DNA of 63,928 bases, the filler included, from Reclinomonas americana ATCC 50394 (taxonomy: Eukaryota): NCBI GenBank assembly GCA_048213135.1. It is 11 parts of 11 records of this genome, joined end to end, with 100 filler letters (N's around TTAATTAATTAA, not from the genome) between each part and the next. Parts side by side here need not be neighbours in the genome. Positions count along the whole stretch, not along the records: positions 24,476 to 36,188 come from AFZH01018694.1; positions 36,289 to 50,364 come from AFZH01018695.1; 9 more parts are not named here. One strand, given 5' to 3'. Every line of letters starts with the position of its first letter. Within the stretch, counting starts at the first letter, position 1. Of the stretch, positions 34,837-44,100 are shown piece after piece. Made by a program: the position numbers and the translations under genes. The notes beneath the pieces were generated by a model that made no database searches, had not been told where the DNA came from, and was given only the letters and a program-made list of their open reading frames with translations.

Positions 34837-35063
34837 TAATTGCGGGGAGCTGTCAACCTCAGTTTCGCGCCGTCATCGCCGGGGTCATGGTCCTTTCCGA
34901 GGTCGAGCGCCTCATGATGATGTTCGGGTCGGGTGCCTCAACGTGTGCAACGACGTTCCAGTGGACGTCAGCCGAAACAACGAGGTCACCACAACCGCCG
35001 TCCCGGCGGGGACATCGCGAGTGCCGAGATTGGCGCCCGTGAGCAGGTTGACGCGGATAAAAA
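34837..35063 (-). ncRNA. Putative bridge RNA/seekRNA of the IS1111-type element; exact ends unknown
   Basis: An internal loop carries two 9-nt segments matching the two flanks of the element, enclosed by the stems GGUG-CCUCG/UGAGG-CACC and GACGU/ACGUC. Confidence 0.8.
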
Positions 35064-36092
35064 CTATGCCGTCTTTTCGCTTCCCCATTCGAAGCTAGTG
35101 CCGTCGACCCAGATGCAGTGGAGGAGCACGGCCATCTTGCGTGCGACGGCCACCTTGGCCTTCTTCATCCCGATCCGCTTGGAGAGACGAATGCCCCATG
35201 CTTTCAGCGTCGACCATTTCTTCGTTCGATGCATCAGGACGCTGGCTGCCTCGTAGAGATAGGTTCGCAGCAGGCGATCTCCCCAATGCGAGACACGGCC
35301 GCTGACATCCGTTTCGCCGGATTGCTTTCGCCGCGGCGTCAGGCCCAGGTAGGCACCGACATCGCTGGCCCAGGAAAAGCGCGAGGGATCGTCGATCGTG
35401 TGGCGGTAGGTCAGCGCCGTCACCACGCCGACGCCGGGAACCGTCATCAGCCGGCGCGTGGTGCAGTCGTCACGAGCGAGGCGCCGGACCTGACGATCGA
35501 GTTTCTCTTGTTCCTCGCAAGCCTGTTCATGGACGCTGAGGAGCGCCCCAATCACGGATCGGAGCGGATGACCCTCGACAACCAGCTCCAGGACCTTTCG
35601 CCGGAACTGCGCACCAATCGATCGGCTGAACTGCAGCCCATGTTCCTTCAGCATCGAACGGATCTGGTTCTCCAGATCGCGGCGGATGGCGACAAGCCTC
35701 GAGCGTGCGACGAGCAGGGATCGGGTTGCCTGACTCTCTGTACTCTTCACTTTGACTTCTCGGTACCAGCCGACCCGAACCAACTCCGCCAGGCCTTGGG
35801 CGTCGTTCTCGTCGCTCTTGTTCATTCGAACCGACAGCACGGCTTTCGCGTGACGGGCGTCGATGCAGACGACGGGCAGGCCGATCCGGTTGAGTTCATG
35901 CCACAGCCAGCTCGACATCGCGCCGGTCTCAAAGCCGATCCGCTCGGCGCTCGGCGCGCGCTTGCTCAACAGTTCAGCCAAAGCACCGGGATCGGACCTC
36001 GCCCTGCCTTGAAAGACGACCTTTCCAGATTCATCGACGACGCAAACGCTGGTCTCTTTCTGCGATACATCCAGCCCGACATACTGTTTCAT
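35064..36092 (-). CDS. IS110-family DEDD recombinase/transposase (342 aa)
   Basis: [12 protein letters not shown] and KSDENDA supply DEDD. C-terminal VPGVG and [12 protein letters not shown] contain the catalytic Ser. Confidence 0.95.
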   Translation of the reverse strand: MKQYVGLDVSQKETSVCVVDESGKVVFQGRARSDPGALAELLSKRAPSAERIGFETGAMSSWLWHELNRIGLPVVCIDARHAKAVLSVRMNKSDENDAQGLAELVRVGWYREVKVKSTESQATRSLLVARSRLVAIRRDLENQIRSMLKEHGLQFSRSIGAQFRRKVLELVVEGHPLRSVIGALLSVHEQACEEQEKLDRQVRRLARDDCTTRRLMTVPGVGVVTALTYRHTIDDPSRFSWASDVGAYLGLTPRRKQSGETDVSGRVSHWGDRLLRTYLYEAASVLMHRTKKWSTLKAWGIRLSKRIGMKKAKVAVARKMAVLLHCIWVDGTSFEWGSEKTA

Positions 36093-36523
36093 GATGACCA
36101 TCCCGTGCTCGGGCCGGCGCCGCTGCCTGCCGTCCGTCACTCTGAAGTCAGGGGCTCAGCGGCAGCAATTACGTCATCGTGTGCAAGTNNNNNNNNNNNN
36201 NNNNNNNNNNNNNNNNNNNNNNNNNNNNNNNNTTAATTAATTAANNNNNNNNNNNNNNNNNNNNNNNNNNNNNNNNNNNNNNNNNNNNGTCCCAGCAGCA
36301 GCTTCCCGTCACAAACCATGCAGCTCTCCCGCGTCAGCGGGTTCGTTCAATCCTCAAACCGCCACATGCGGCAATCCGCCCACACCGCCGAGTTGGAATC
36401 ACGACAACACGGCAGGAGCAAATTGCAGAAAAACCGTTGCTCCAAAGCTGACAAAATTAAATATTGGGAAGTTGCTGTCCGGTTGCGTTGTCAACGCGTT
36501 GCGCGTTCCTCCGGACGACAAAG

Positions 36524-37495
36524 CTATCGTCCGGGCGAGGCGCCCGAAGCCCGCACGATCTCGGCCCATCTCGGGATGTCGGCACGGATCAAGGCCGCGA
36601 GATCTTCGGGGGAGCCTCCGACGATTCCCAATCCCAGCTCGGCCAGCCTTGATGCGGTTGCCGGCTCTCGGACAGCCTCAAGGAGCACCGAATAGAGCTT
36701 CGACACGATATCAGGCGGCGTTCCTTTGGGCGCGATAATCCCATACCAGTTGTCGGCCTCGACGCTCGGGAAGCCGAGTTCGGCCATCGTCGGCACATCC
36801 GGCAGTGTGGGGGAACGGACGTTGCTCGCCAGTGCAAGGGCTTTTAAGCTACCGCCCTGAATCTGCGGCAGGAGAACCGGCAGATCGGCGAACATTAATT
36901 CGATCTGCCCCGCTACCACATCGTTGATCGCTGGCCCGACCCCTCGGTAGGGAACATGAACGAGGTCGATCCCGGTGGCGCGCTTTAGCAGCTCCCCCGC
37001 CAGATGAGGGAGACTGCCGGCTCCTGACGACCCGAAGCTGATCTGTCCGGGCCGCTGCTTGGCGACCGCGATCAGGTCAGCGAGCGTGGTGACCTTGGCT
37101 TTCGGCCCTGCGACGAGAAGCTCCGGCACGCGTGCGAGCAACATGACGGGCGCGAAATCTGCAGCAGGATCGTAGGGCATCCGTTCCATCAGGCTGACAT
37201 TGATCGCAAGTGGCCCGGTGGTCGACAGTCCTATCGTGTATCCGTCTGGAGCGGCCCTCGCGACACCATCCGTCCCGGTGACGCCGCCGGCGCCGGCCCG
37301 ATTCTCAACGATCACAGGCTGACGCAAGAGCTCCGTCATGCGCTGCCCAAGAATTCGGGCGACGATATCGCCCGATCCCCCCGCGGCAAACGGCACGATG
37401 AAGTGTATCGGGCGCGTTGGGAAGCTGTCGGCCATCGCTCCGAGGGGGCAGAGAAGGGCAAACAGGGCGAGCAGGGCTCGCTGAAATATGGGCAT
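36524..37495 (-). CDS. Bug/TctC tripartite tricarboxylate transporter substrate-binding protein
   Basis: Signal peptide; IVPFAAGGSGDIVAR, VENRAGAGG, HVPYRG and LPDVPTMAE. Confidence 0.95.
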   Translation of the reverse strand: MPIFQRALLALFALLCPLGAMADSFPTRPIHFIVPFAAGGSGDIVARILGQRMTELLRQPVIVENRAGAGGVTGTDGVARAAPDGYTIGLSTTGPLAINVSLMERMPYDPAADFAPVMLLARVPELLVAGPKAKVTTLADLIAVAKQRPGQISFGSSGAGSLPHLAGELLKRATGIDLVHVPYRGVGPAINDVVAGQIELMFADLPVLLPQIQGGSLKALALASNVRSPTLPDVPTMAELGFPSVEADNWYGIIAPKGTPPDIVSKLYSVLLEAVREPATASRLAELGLGIVGGSPEDLAALIRADIPRWAEIVRASGASPGR

Positions 37496-37563
37496 GGCGG
37501 ACCTCCCCTATGCGCGAGCGAACTCGCGAATTTATCGTTGACTAGCGCTCTTCAGCTTTCGGA

Positions 37564-38790
37564 TCAGTTGGCCGATCCGGTCGCGTTGACACGGCCCCCG
37601 CATTGATGCGCTCGCTCAGCAGAGGCCTGAGCGAGCGTCAGATGTGCCCAGCCGTCGCGTTCTCCCTCGATAAAGACGACGGTCGGACCGAGCGCATCGC
37701 TCATCCGGCGCAGATAGCCGAAAATTCGGGAGCCCCTCGCGTCGCCCACGCGCAACGGTTCTGTGCTTCCGTCGGAGAGAATCTCAGCCGGAATGAACCC
37801 TGCGTTGACAACGCCGCCCGCCGACACGTCGAGTGTCGCAATTCCAGTCATCCGCGCATCTGGGTGAAACGGATAGAGAGGGAAGCCGGGGCGCGGCCCA
37901 TGGGCGTAGTCGCCATATTGAGCTCGGCTTGCGGCGAGTTGCTTTGGGCTCGGTTCAAAATGCGTGAAGTGATGTACGAAGGCGCCAATTCCGTAGAAGA
38001 TGGGACAGCCAGCCCGATATTCGACGCCGCGAAGGCTGTGGTGATGGTGGCACAGCACGGCATCCGCCCCAAGGTCCACGATCCGGCGCGCAACCTCCGT
38101 CTCGTAGCTCTGCAGGGTCTCAAACTGGCTCGACGCCCCCCAATGGCAGGCCACGACGACGACCTCTGCGGATTTGCGGGCAGCCTCGATGGCTTCGCCC
38201 AGGCGCACAAGGTCATCGGGGTCGGCGGCCGTCGTGATGAGCGGTCGCGCTCCCGGGTCCCAAAACGTGGGGTCTGGCTGGGAATAATGGGTCCGGATCC
38301 GGATCGCAGCCAAGCCCGGCCGTCCGTCCCGCGCTTCGTAGCCGACCGGGAAGACGCTGGCGACTGCCAGAAAGGCGACCCGCACGCCATTGCGTTCGAC
38401 GACTGCTGGCCGCAGAGCTGCCGTGACGTTGATGCCGGCTCCTGTCGTCGCGATACCCTGTTCCCGCAGAACGTCGAGAGTGTCGGCGAGACCCCGGTAG
38501 CCGCCATCGACGATGTGATTGTTGGCGCAGGTCATCACGTGAAACGGCACTGCGCCGAGGCAGGACGCGCGGGCACGCCGCGTTGTCATGCCATGGCGCG
38601 TCGTCGGCGCGGGTGCAGGGTCGTCGGAGTAGACGCCCTCGCAGTTGCCGACGACAATATCGGCATCATGCAGCAGGGATGTAACGTGCCGGAATGCCGA
38701 GGCACCATCATCGAGATCAACGAACACATCTCCGACCGCGAAGATTGAGACGCATCCCGACTGATTATTCACGCTTTGCCTCTTGGGCAT
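37564..38790 (-). CDS. CapA-family (PGA_cap) metallophosphoesterase-like protein, cytoplasmic
   Basis: AVGD, GNCEG, ANNHIVDGG, HWG, HHHH and PIFYGIG. No signal peptide seen. The start is inferred from its position directly after the CaiB stop. Confidence 0.85.
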   Translation of the reverse strand: MPKRQSVNNQSGCVSIFAVGDVFVDLDDGASAFRHVTSLLHDADIVVGNCEGVYSDDPAPAPTTRHGMTTRRARASCLGAVPFHVMTCANNHIVDGGYRGLADTLDVLREQGIATTGAGINVTAALRPAVVERNGVRVAFLAVASVFPVGYEARDGRPGLAAIRIRTHYSQPDPTFWDPGARPLITTAADPDDLVRLGEAIEAARKSAEVVVVACHWGASSQFETLQSYETEVARRIVDLGADAVLCHHHHSLRGVEYRAGCPIFYGIGAFVHHFTHFEPSPKQLAASRAQYGDYAHGPRPGFPLYPFHPDARMTGIATLDVSAGGVVNAGFIPAEILSDGSTEPLRVGDARGSRIFGYLRRMSDALGPTVVFIEGERDGWAHLTLAQASAERAHQCGGRVNATGSAN

Positions 38791-38791
38791 T

Positions 38792-39931
38792 TCAGGTATC
38801 CGCGCCTGCGCCGAGGATGCGGGCATTGTCTTCGCCCAACCGCGGCGGTTTGCGCAGAATCGCACCCGGCGTACCCCGGAGTTTCAGCGGGATTCCGGCG
38901 ATGCGCACATCAGCGATGCCGGATGGCACGATCATCTCGCGCGCCGCTGCCTGCTCCTGCTCCAGGACCTCGGCGATGTCGTTGACGACGCTGGTAGGAA
39001 TGCCTAATCGCATGGCGAGATCGACCCAGTGTTGAGCGTCGTGGGCCTGAAAAACGGGGATGAGCTGTTCGTGCAGCGCATCGCGGTTGCGCAATCGGTC
39101 GACATTCGTCTTGAAACGCGGGTCATCGATCAGATCGCCCCGGCCGATCGCTTTGCAAAAGGCCGGGTAGGAGCGACTGTCCACGCCGAGATAAAATTCA
39201 CGGTCACGGGCCGCGAACATGCCGTACGGGGCAAGAAAGGCGAAGAACGGGCCGTGCTTGCCCGGGAGGCCGGCTCCGCCTGTGTAATCGGCGATGTAAT
39301 GGCTGATGAGATGCACGGCGGTATCGTATAGTGACAGATCGATCTCCTGGCCTCGGCCTGTCTTGTCGCGCTCTCGCAAGGCGAGCACGATGCCATAGGC
39401 GGCATGGGCACCGGTGAGAAGGTCGATCGGAGAGGGGCCGGTGCGCACCGATGGCCGACCGGGCTCGCCCGTGATGCTCATGTGGCCAACATAAGCTTGG
39501 AGGAGCATGTCGAGACCGGGACGATCACGCAGCGGGCCATCCTGACCGAAGCCCGAAATGCTGCAATAGATGATGTCCGGCCTGATTGCGGCGGCGTCAG
39601 CGTAGCCGAAACCCAGACGAGTGGCGACGCCGGGTCGAAAGTTCTCGAGGATCACATCGGCGCTCGCGATGAGCTTCCGAACGGCGGCTTTGCCTTCTGT
39701 CGACTTAAGGTCGAGCACCACGTTCGACTTGTTGCGGTTCAGAGCCAGATACAGACCACTGAACTGGCCGTCCTCGCCGACCCGCGCCGAACCCCAGCGA
39801 CGGGAGCTTTCGCCTTCGGGCGGCTCGAGCTTGATAACCTCGGCGCCAAAATCGCCGAGCAACATGCCACAGGCCGGGCCCGCCATGGCTTGGCTGAAAT
39901 CGAGCACTCTGATGCCTTCTAATGCCGCCAC
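38792..39931 (-). CDS. CaiB/BaiF family III CoA-transferase
   Basis: LEGIRVLDFS..AGP, GAEVIKLE, NRNK, ENFRPG and SISGFGQDGP. GTG start with a GGGG RBS. Confidence 0.95.
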   Translation of the reverse strand: MAALEGIRVLDFSQAMAGPACGMLLGDFGAEVIKLEPPEGESSRRWGSARVGEDGQFSGLYLALNRNKSNVVLDLKSTEGKAAVRKLIASADVILENFRPGVATRLGFGYADAAAIRPDIIYCSISGFGQDGPLRDRPGLDMLLQAYVGHMSITGEPGRPSVRTGPSPIDLLTGAHAAYGIVLALRERDKTGRGQEIDLSLYDTAVHLISHYIADYTGGAGLPGKHGPFFAFLAPYGMFAARDREFYLGVDSRSYPAFCKAIGRGDLIDDPRFKTNVDRLRNRDALHEQLIPVFQAHDAQHWVDLAMRLGIPTSVVNDIAEVLEQEQAAAREMIVPSGIADVRIAGIPLKLRGTPGAILRKPPRLGEDNARILGAGADT

Positions 39932-40081
39932 AATATGTCCCCTTTGATCTTTGCCCAGTGGTTTCAACAGATGGCCACACGACATGAGAGTCATTGCGGG
40001 GCACTGTTCAGGGAGGAGAATCAAACACGAGGCCCGTCATCACGAAAATAGATTTTTCAGCGTGCCTCCATATCTTATTGG

Positions 40082-40969
40082 TTATGATGTCCTCGCGAAT
40101 TTCGTCAACGCTCGGTCGAAAAACGCGTTGGCCGCCCGGCCTGGTGCCAGCCCTTCCCGTCGGCAGAGCCAAAACGGAACCGTGGGATCGCCTGCGATTG
40201 GTATTTTAACATTGCCCTCGAAGTCGCGTCCCATCCCAGCAAAGGCGACGAGCAGACCACGTCCCGATGCCACCATCTCGCTCAGGAATCCTTGGCTTTT
40301 GCTCTCGATCATGACATCGGGCTTTTTGCCGAGTTTAACGGCCATATCGTCCACCAGAGAGCGCTGGTTGTACCCCGTCGGGAACAGAATGAGCGGCTCG
40401 TCCAGGATGCGGCTCCAATCAAGCTCCCGTTCGCTCGCAAGTGTTGAATGCGCGGACGTCCATGCGACGACAGGATGCTGCTCGATCAGCACGACCTCCA
40501 GCCCGTCAGTGGTGTGATGGCCGGCGATGATTCCGAGATCGAGGTCGCGCGCGCGGAGACGGGCAGCAATATTTTCCGAAGAATCTTCGATCGTTGACAG
40601 GCGTACGCCCGGGTGCACCGTCAGAAACTCCCTGACAAATCCGGGAAGCAGAATGGCCGAGGCGATTGGAGGCGCCGCGATCGCGATGTGGCCGGCATCG
40701 AGCGAGCGCAACTCGCGCAAATGCCGCTCCATGCTGGCAATCTCAGCGCGGATCATGCGGGCGTGATCAAGGAAGAGAGCTCCCTCGTGAGTGCTCTGCA
40801 CCCGGCTCCCGGAACGATCCAGGAGGCGAACGCCCGCATTCTCCTCAAGCTTGCGGATCGCGATGCTCACCGCCGGCTGCACCATGCCGAGCCGCTCCCC
40901 GGCAGCCGAGAAGCCGCCCTCTTCGAGCACGGCAATGAAGACCTCGATTTGGCGGAAGCTCCAGCGCAT
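40082..40969 (-). CDS. LysR-family transcriptional regulator
   Basis: HTH FSAAGERLGMVQPAVSIAIRKLE. Confidence 0.95.
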   Translation of the reverse strand: MRWSFRQIEVFIAVLEEGGFSAAGERLGMVQPAVSIAIRKLEENAGVRLLDRSGSRVQSTHEGALFLDHARMIRAEIASMERHLRELRSLDAGHIAIAAPPIASAILLPGFVREFLTVHPGVRLSTIEDSSENIAARLRARDLDLGIIAGHHTTDGLEVVLIEQHPVVAWTSAHSTLASERELDWSRILDEPLILFPTGYNQRSLVDDMAVKLGKKPDVMIESKSQGFLSEMVASGRGLLVAFAGMGRDFEGNVKIPIAGDPTVPFWLCRREGLAPGRAANAFFDRALTKFARTS

Positions 40970-40972
40970 AAC

Positions 40973-41007
40973 GAAAATATATCGAATCCGAGTAAATTAT
41001 ATATTTC
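40973..41007. promoter_or_regulatory. AT-rich inverted repeat in the divergent LysR/thiolase intergenic region (candidate LysR site)
   Basis: GAAAATATAT..ATATATTTC dyad directly upstream of the lysR start. Confidence 0.45.
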
Positions 41008-41155
41008 CTTACGATAGATCGGAAGTGCAGTAAAGGGCGGCGCCTTTCGTTGGCGGGGTGTCGTTCGAGGAGGTCGATATGAAGGGCAGCAGGCCGAATT
41101 TTTCTGAACCGATCGAGCGATCGCTTGCTGCCGTTCCCAAGGCCGGCATCCGGGA

Positions 41156-42334
41156 ATGAGGGCCACGACCGCAATTACCGGTGCGGGTTCCACCGGCGTG
41201 GGATCTCATGCCGAGCATACGTCAATCTCGCTTGCGAGCGAGGCGGTATCCCTCGCACTGGCCGATGCCGGCCTATCGCGTCAGGAGATCGACGGCCTCA
41301 TCGTCCATATAGGGGCGCCGCGTGGTGCGGACTACGATGAAACGGCCGCGCTACTGGGCCTCAAAGTGCGCTTCGCCAGCCAGACCTGGAGCCACGGCCG
41401 CTTCGGCGCGACCGTCATCCAGCACGCCGCGATGGCTGTGTCATGCGGCTTGGCCGATCGTGTTCTGTGCCTGGGCGCTTACAAAAACAGCAATCTCGGC
41501 CTGATAGGTAGCCGGACCTCGTGGGGTTTTGAGGAATCGCTGCGCTTCGGCGGCGGCCCGCATGGTGAGACTCCTCACGCGGGCTTCAACGGCCCGGTCG
41601 CTTCGGCGGCTTTTGCCGCCCGGCGCTATTTCCACAAATATGGTGCGTCTCCCGGCAAGCTCGCTGCGGTTCCGCTCGCCTTTCGCAAGCACGCGATGCT
41701 CAACCCCGAGGCGCGAATCCGAAAGCCGCTAACTCGCGACGACTATCTCGGCGCCCCTTTCATCGTCGAACCGTTGCGACTGTTCGATTGCTCCGTCGTC
41801 GTCGACGGAGCTGTTGCCCTCATTGTCACCTCGGCTGAGCGGGCGAAGGACGGCCCGTCCCGACCAGTTTTTCTGCTGGGCGCTCAGGGCGTGCATGCCG
41901 GGCCCGAGGAGTTCATCTTCGGCCAGCCGGGCCTCGGCGTTGGCCAAGCCAGCGTCTTCGATTGGCAGCCGCCGGGCGCGAACCAGACCGTCTACCGCAT
42001 GGCCGGGCTCGACCCTGCCGATGTCGACCTTCTGCAAGTCTATGACGCATTCTCGCCGCTCGTCCTTCTGTCGCTCGAGCGGCTGGGTTTCTGCGGCGTC
42101 GGAGAAGCTGCCGACTTCGTGCAAGACGGACGCATCGAACTTGGCGGCGAGATCCCGGTTAATACCAGTGGCGGCATGCTGTCGGAAGGCCATCTCAACG
42201 GCTGGAGCCAGATGATGGAGATCGTGCGGCAGTTGCGCCACCAGGCCGGCGCGCGGCAGGTGCCCGACGCGAAGGTCGCCCAATGGGGAACGGCGCTCGG
42301 CGACTCGATCATTTTCGGCAATTCGGATGTGTGA
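41156..42334 (+). CDS. SCP2-type thiolase/lipid-transfer-like (Ltp2-like) protein
   Basis: PLRLFDCS..DGAVA, QVYDAFS and VNTSGGMLSEGH. No N-terminal acyl-accepting Cys is evident. Confidence 0.9.
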   Translation: MRATTAITGAGSTGVGSHAEHTSISLASEAVSLALADAGLSRQEIDGLIVHIGAPRGADYDETAALLGLKVRFASQTWSHGRFGATVIQHAAMAVSCGLADRVLCLGAYKNSNLGLIGSRTSWGFEESLRFGGGPHGETPHAGFNGPVASAAFAARRYFHKYGASPGKLAAVPLAFRKHAMLNPEARIRKPLTRDDYLGAPFIVEPLRLFDCSVVVDGAVALIVTSAERAKDGPSRPVFLLGAQGVHAGPEEFIFGQPGLGVGQASVFDWQPPGANQTVYRMAGLDPADVDLLQVYDAFSPLVLLSLERLGFCGVGEAADFVQDGRIELGGEIPVNTSGGMLSEGHLNGWSQMMEIVRQLRHQAGARQVPDAKVAQWGTALGDSIIFGNSDV

Positions 42335-42343
42335 GGTGCAGCG

Positions 42344-42790
42344 ATGAAGCATGCCGTCCTGGACCGGAGCTTCCCGATCGATCCCGCCGGCCTTCTGCCT
42401 CCGGTTACGTCCGATAACGCGCCCTTTTGGAATGGCCTCGCCCAGGGCCGGCTGATGCTGCAGCAGTGCCCGTCCTGTCGCAAGCTTCGTTATCCGGTCG
42501 CGCCCGTTTGTGCTGTCTGCGGCAGCACCGAGATTGCCTGGGCGGAGATGAGCGGGCGCGGCAAGGTGTTCAGCTGGGTGCGTTACCATCGCAGCTACTT
42601 GCCGGAATTCGCCGACCGCCTGCCCTATGTGGTGGCTCTTGTGGAGCTTGATGAAGGAGTGCGCCTCTTTGGCTGCCTCGTCGACCGGGAACCCGATCCC
42701 TTCATCGACCAACCCGTCAAGCTCGTGATCGAGCGCTGGCCCGATGGGCGCTGTGTCGCGTCGTTTACCTCAGCGGGAGTCGAACAATGA
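42344..42790 (+). CDS. DUF35 Zn-ribbon/OB-fold partner protein
   Basis: PFWNG..QCPSC..YP..VCAVCGS..SGRGKVFSW..PYVVALVELDEG. Confidence 0.92.
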   Translation: MKHAVLDRSFPIDPAGLLPPVTSDNAPFWNGLAQGRLMLQQCPSCRKLRYPVAPVCAVCGSTEIAWAEMSGRGKVFSWVRYHRSYLPEFADRLPYVVALVELDEGVRLFGCLVDREPDPFIDQPVKLVIERWPDGRCVASFTSAGVEQ

Positions 42791-43806
42791 GAGCAGTGGT
42801 GATGCGCGAACTGGGGCCGCCCTCCGTCCTCAGGGTGGAGGAGATTCCGGTGCCCGCGATCGGCCCGGAAGAGGTACTGGTCAAGGTGGGCGCCGTCGGC
42901 GTGACCTATCACGACGTCGTCCAGCGCAACGGCACCATGCGCCGCGACACCCAGCTCCCAATCGTGCTCGGCTACGAGATAGCCGGCACAGTGGAGCGTC
43001 TTGGCGAACGCGTCTCGGGCCTCAAGCTCGGTGACAGGATTTGTACCAAGGCGTTCCATTCCTGCGGGATGTGCCGTCTGTGCCGCAACGGCATGGAAAC
43101 GGCATGCGAGAAGCGGCGGCCGGTCCATGGTGGCTATGCCGAATACGTCGCCCTGCCGGAAGAGGTCTGCGTCGTGGTTCCAGCCGATATGCCCTTGGAG
43201 GTCGCGTGCATGCTCGGACCGTCGACGGGCGTCGCGTTGAACGCGGTGCGCGATACCGGCAAAGTGCGGATCGGCGAAACCGTGTTGGTCACGGGCGCCA
43301 GTGGCGGCGTGGGGCTTCCGACGCTCGAGCTTGCACACAGCGCCGGAGCCACTGTCATCGCACTCAGTCGCTCGCAGGAGAAGAGTGCCGCCTTGCACGA
43401 GGCCGGCGCGCATCACGTCATCGTCGCGGATAGTGGTCGCGACTTTTCGAAGGACGTTCGGGCGTTGACCGACGGCAATGGCGTTGATGTCGTGATCGAT
43501 AATGTCGGGAGCCGTGTCTTCACGCCGAGCTTCAAGAGCCTCTCGCTCGGCGGTCGCTACGTGATGGTTGGCCAACTCGTCCGCGAGGATATTTCGATCA
43601 ACCCAGCCTTCATTTTCTTCAAGCGCGCCCAGATCCTTGGTGTCGGAAGCGTTCGCCGCGATCAGCTGGAAGACGCCGTGAAGCTCGCGGCCTCGGGCCG
43701 AGTAAGGCCCAGGATTGCCGAGGTTCTGCCGCTCGAGGCGGCGGCTGACGCTCATGCGCGGGTTGAGGCGGGGGCGCTCGTAGGGCGCGTCGTGCTACGC
43801 CCCTGA
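42787..43806 (+). CDS. Zn-binding medium-chain dehydrogenase/reductase
   Basis: CGMCRLCRNGMETAC, VLVTGASGGVG and GYE in place of GHE. ATGA coupling to the OB-fold gene. Confidence 0.92.
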   Translation: MRAVVMRELGPPSVLRVEEIPVPAIGPEEVLVKVGAVGVTYHDVVQRNGTMRRDTQLPIVLGYEIAGTVERLGERVSGLKLGDRICTKAFHSCGMCRLCRNGMETACEKRRPVHGGYAEYVALPEEVCVVVPADMPLEVACMLGPSTGVALNAVRDTGKVRIGETVLVTGASGGVGLPTLELAHSAGATVIALSRSQEKSAALHEAGAHHVIVADSGRDFSKDVRALTDGNGVDVVIDNVGSRVFTPSFKSLSLGGRYVMVGQLVREDISINPAFIFFKRAQILGVGSVRRDQLEDAVKLAASGRVRPRIAEVLPLEAAADAHARVEAGALVGRVVLRP

Positions 43807-43834
43807 GCGAGGCTCACTAGCTCCGGAAGCCGTC

Positions 43835-44020
43835 ATGGGGCCGCTGATCGACAACAGCCAATTTGCCAAGGTGAGAGTGCCGTTGGAGGGTGCAGGGCGC
43901 GAAGCTGTTGCTGAGCGGCAAGATCGACGGCCGCTTCGTCGAGCAGGCGTTCATGTTCGGTGTGACACCGGACATGAACCTCTATAAGAGAGAGCCTTTC
44001 AGGCCCGTGGCGCCTTCTCT
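43835..44020 (+). pseudogene. Aldehyde dehydrogenase remnant
   Basis: MGPLIDNSQF, then (frameshifted) GAKLLLSGKIDGRFVEQ..GVTPDMNLYKREPFRPVA, a decayed form of the E.FGPV motif. Confidence 0.6.
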
Positions 44021-44100
44021 GCCGCCTCGTATGCTCCATGCACGTTCCGATACTAAACAAAGGCACAGATCGACACCCGGCCTCCGAACGGACGCGCGAT

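Larger units (their letters stand above)
34834..36177 (-). mobile_element. Complete IS110-family element, IS1111 group (~1344 bp)
   Basis: Subterminal imperfect inverted repeats TAATTGCTGCCGCTG (36171-36157) and TAATTGCGGGGAGCTG (34837-34852). An outward TTGACA lies in the right end (34851-34856). The downstream non-coding region is long. Removing the element restores an open frame. Confidence 0.85.

Noticed and set aside
37564..38790. Poly-gamma-glutamate capsule locus
   Set aside because: capB and capC are absent, there is no membrane anchor, and the context is catabolic.
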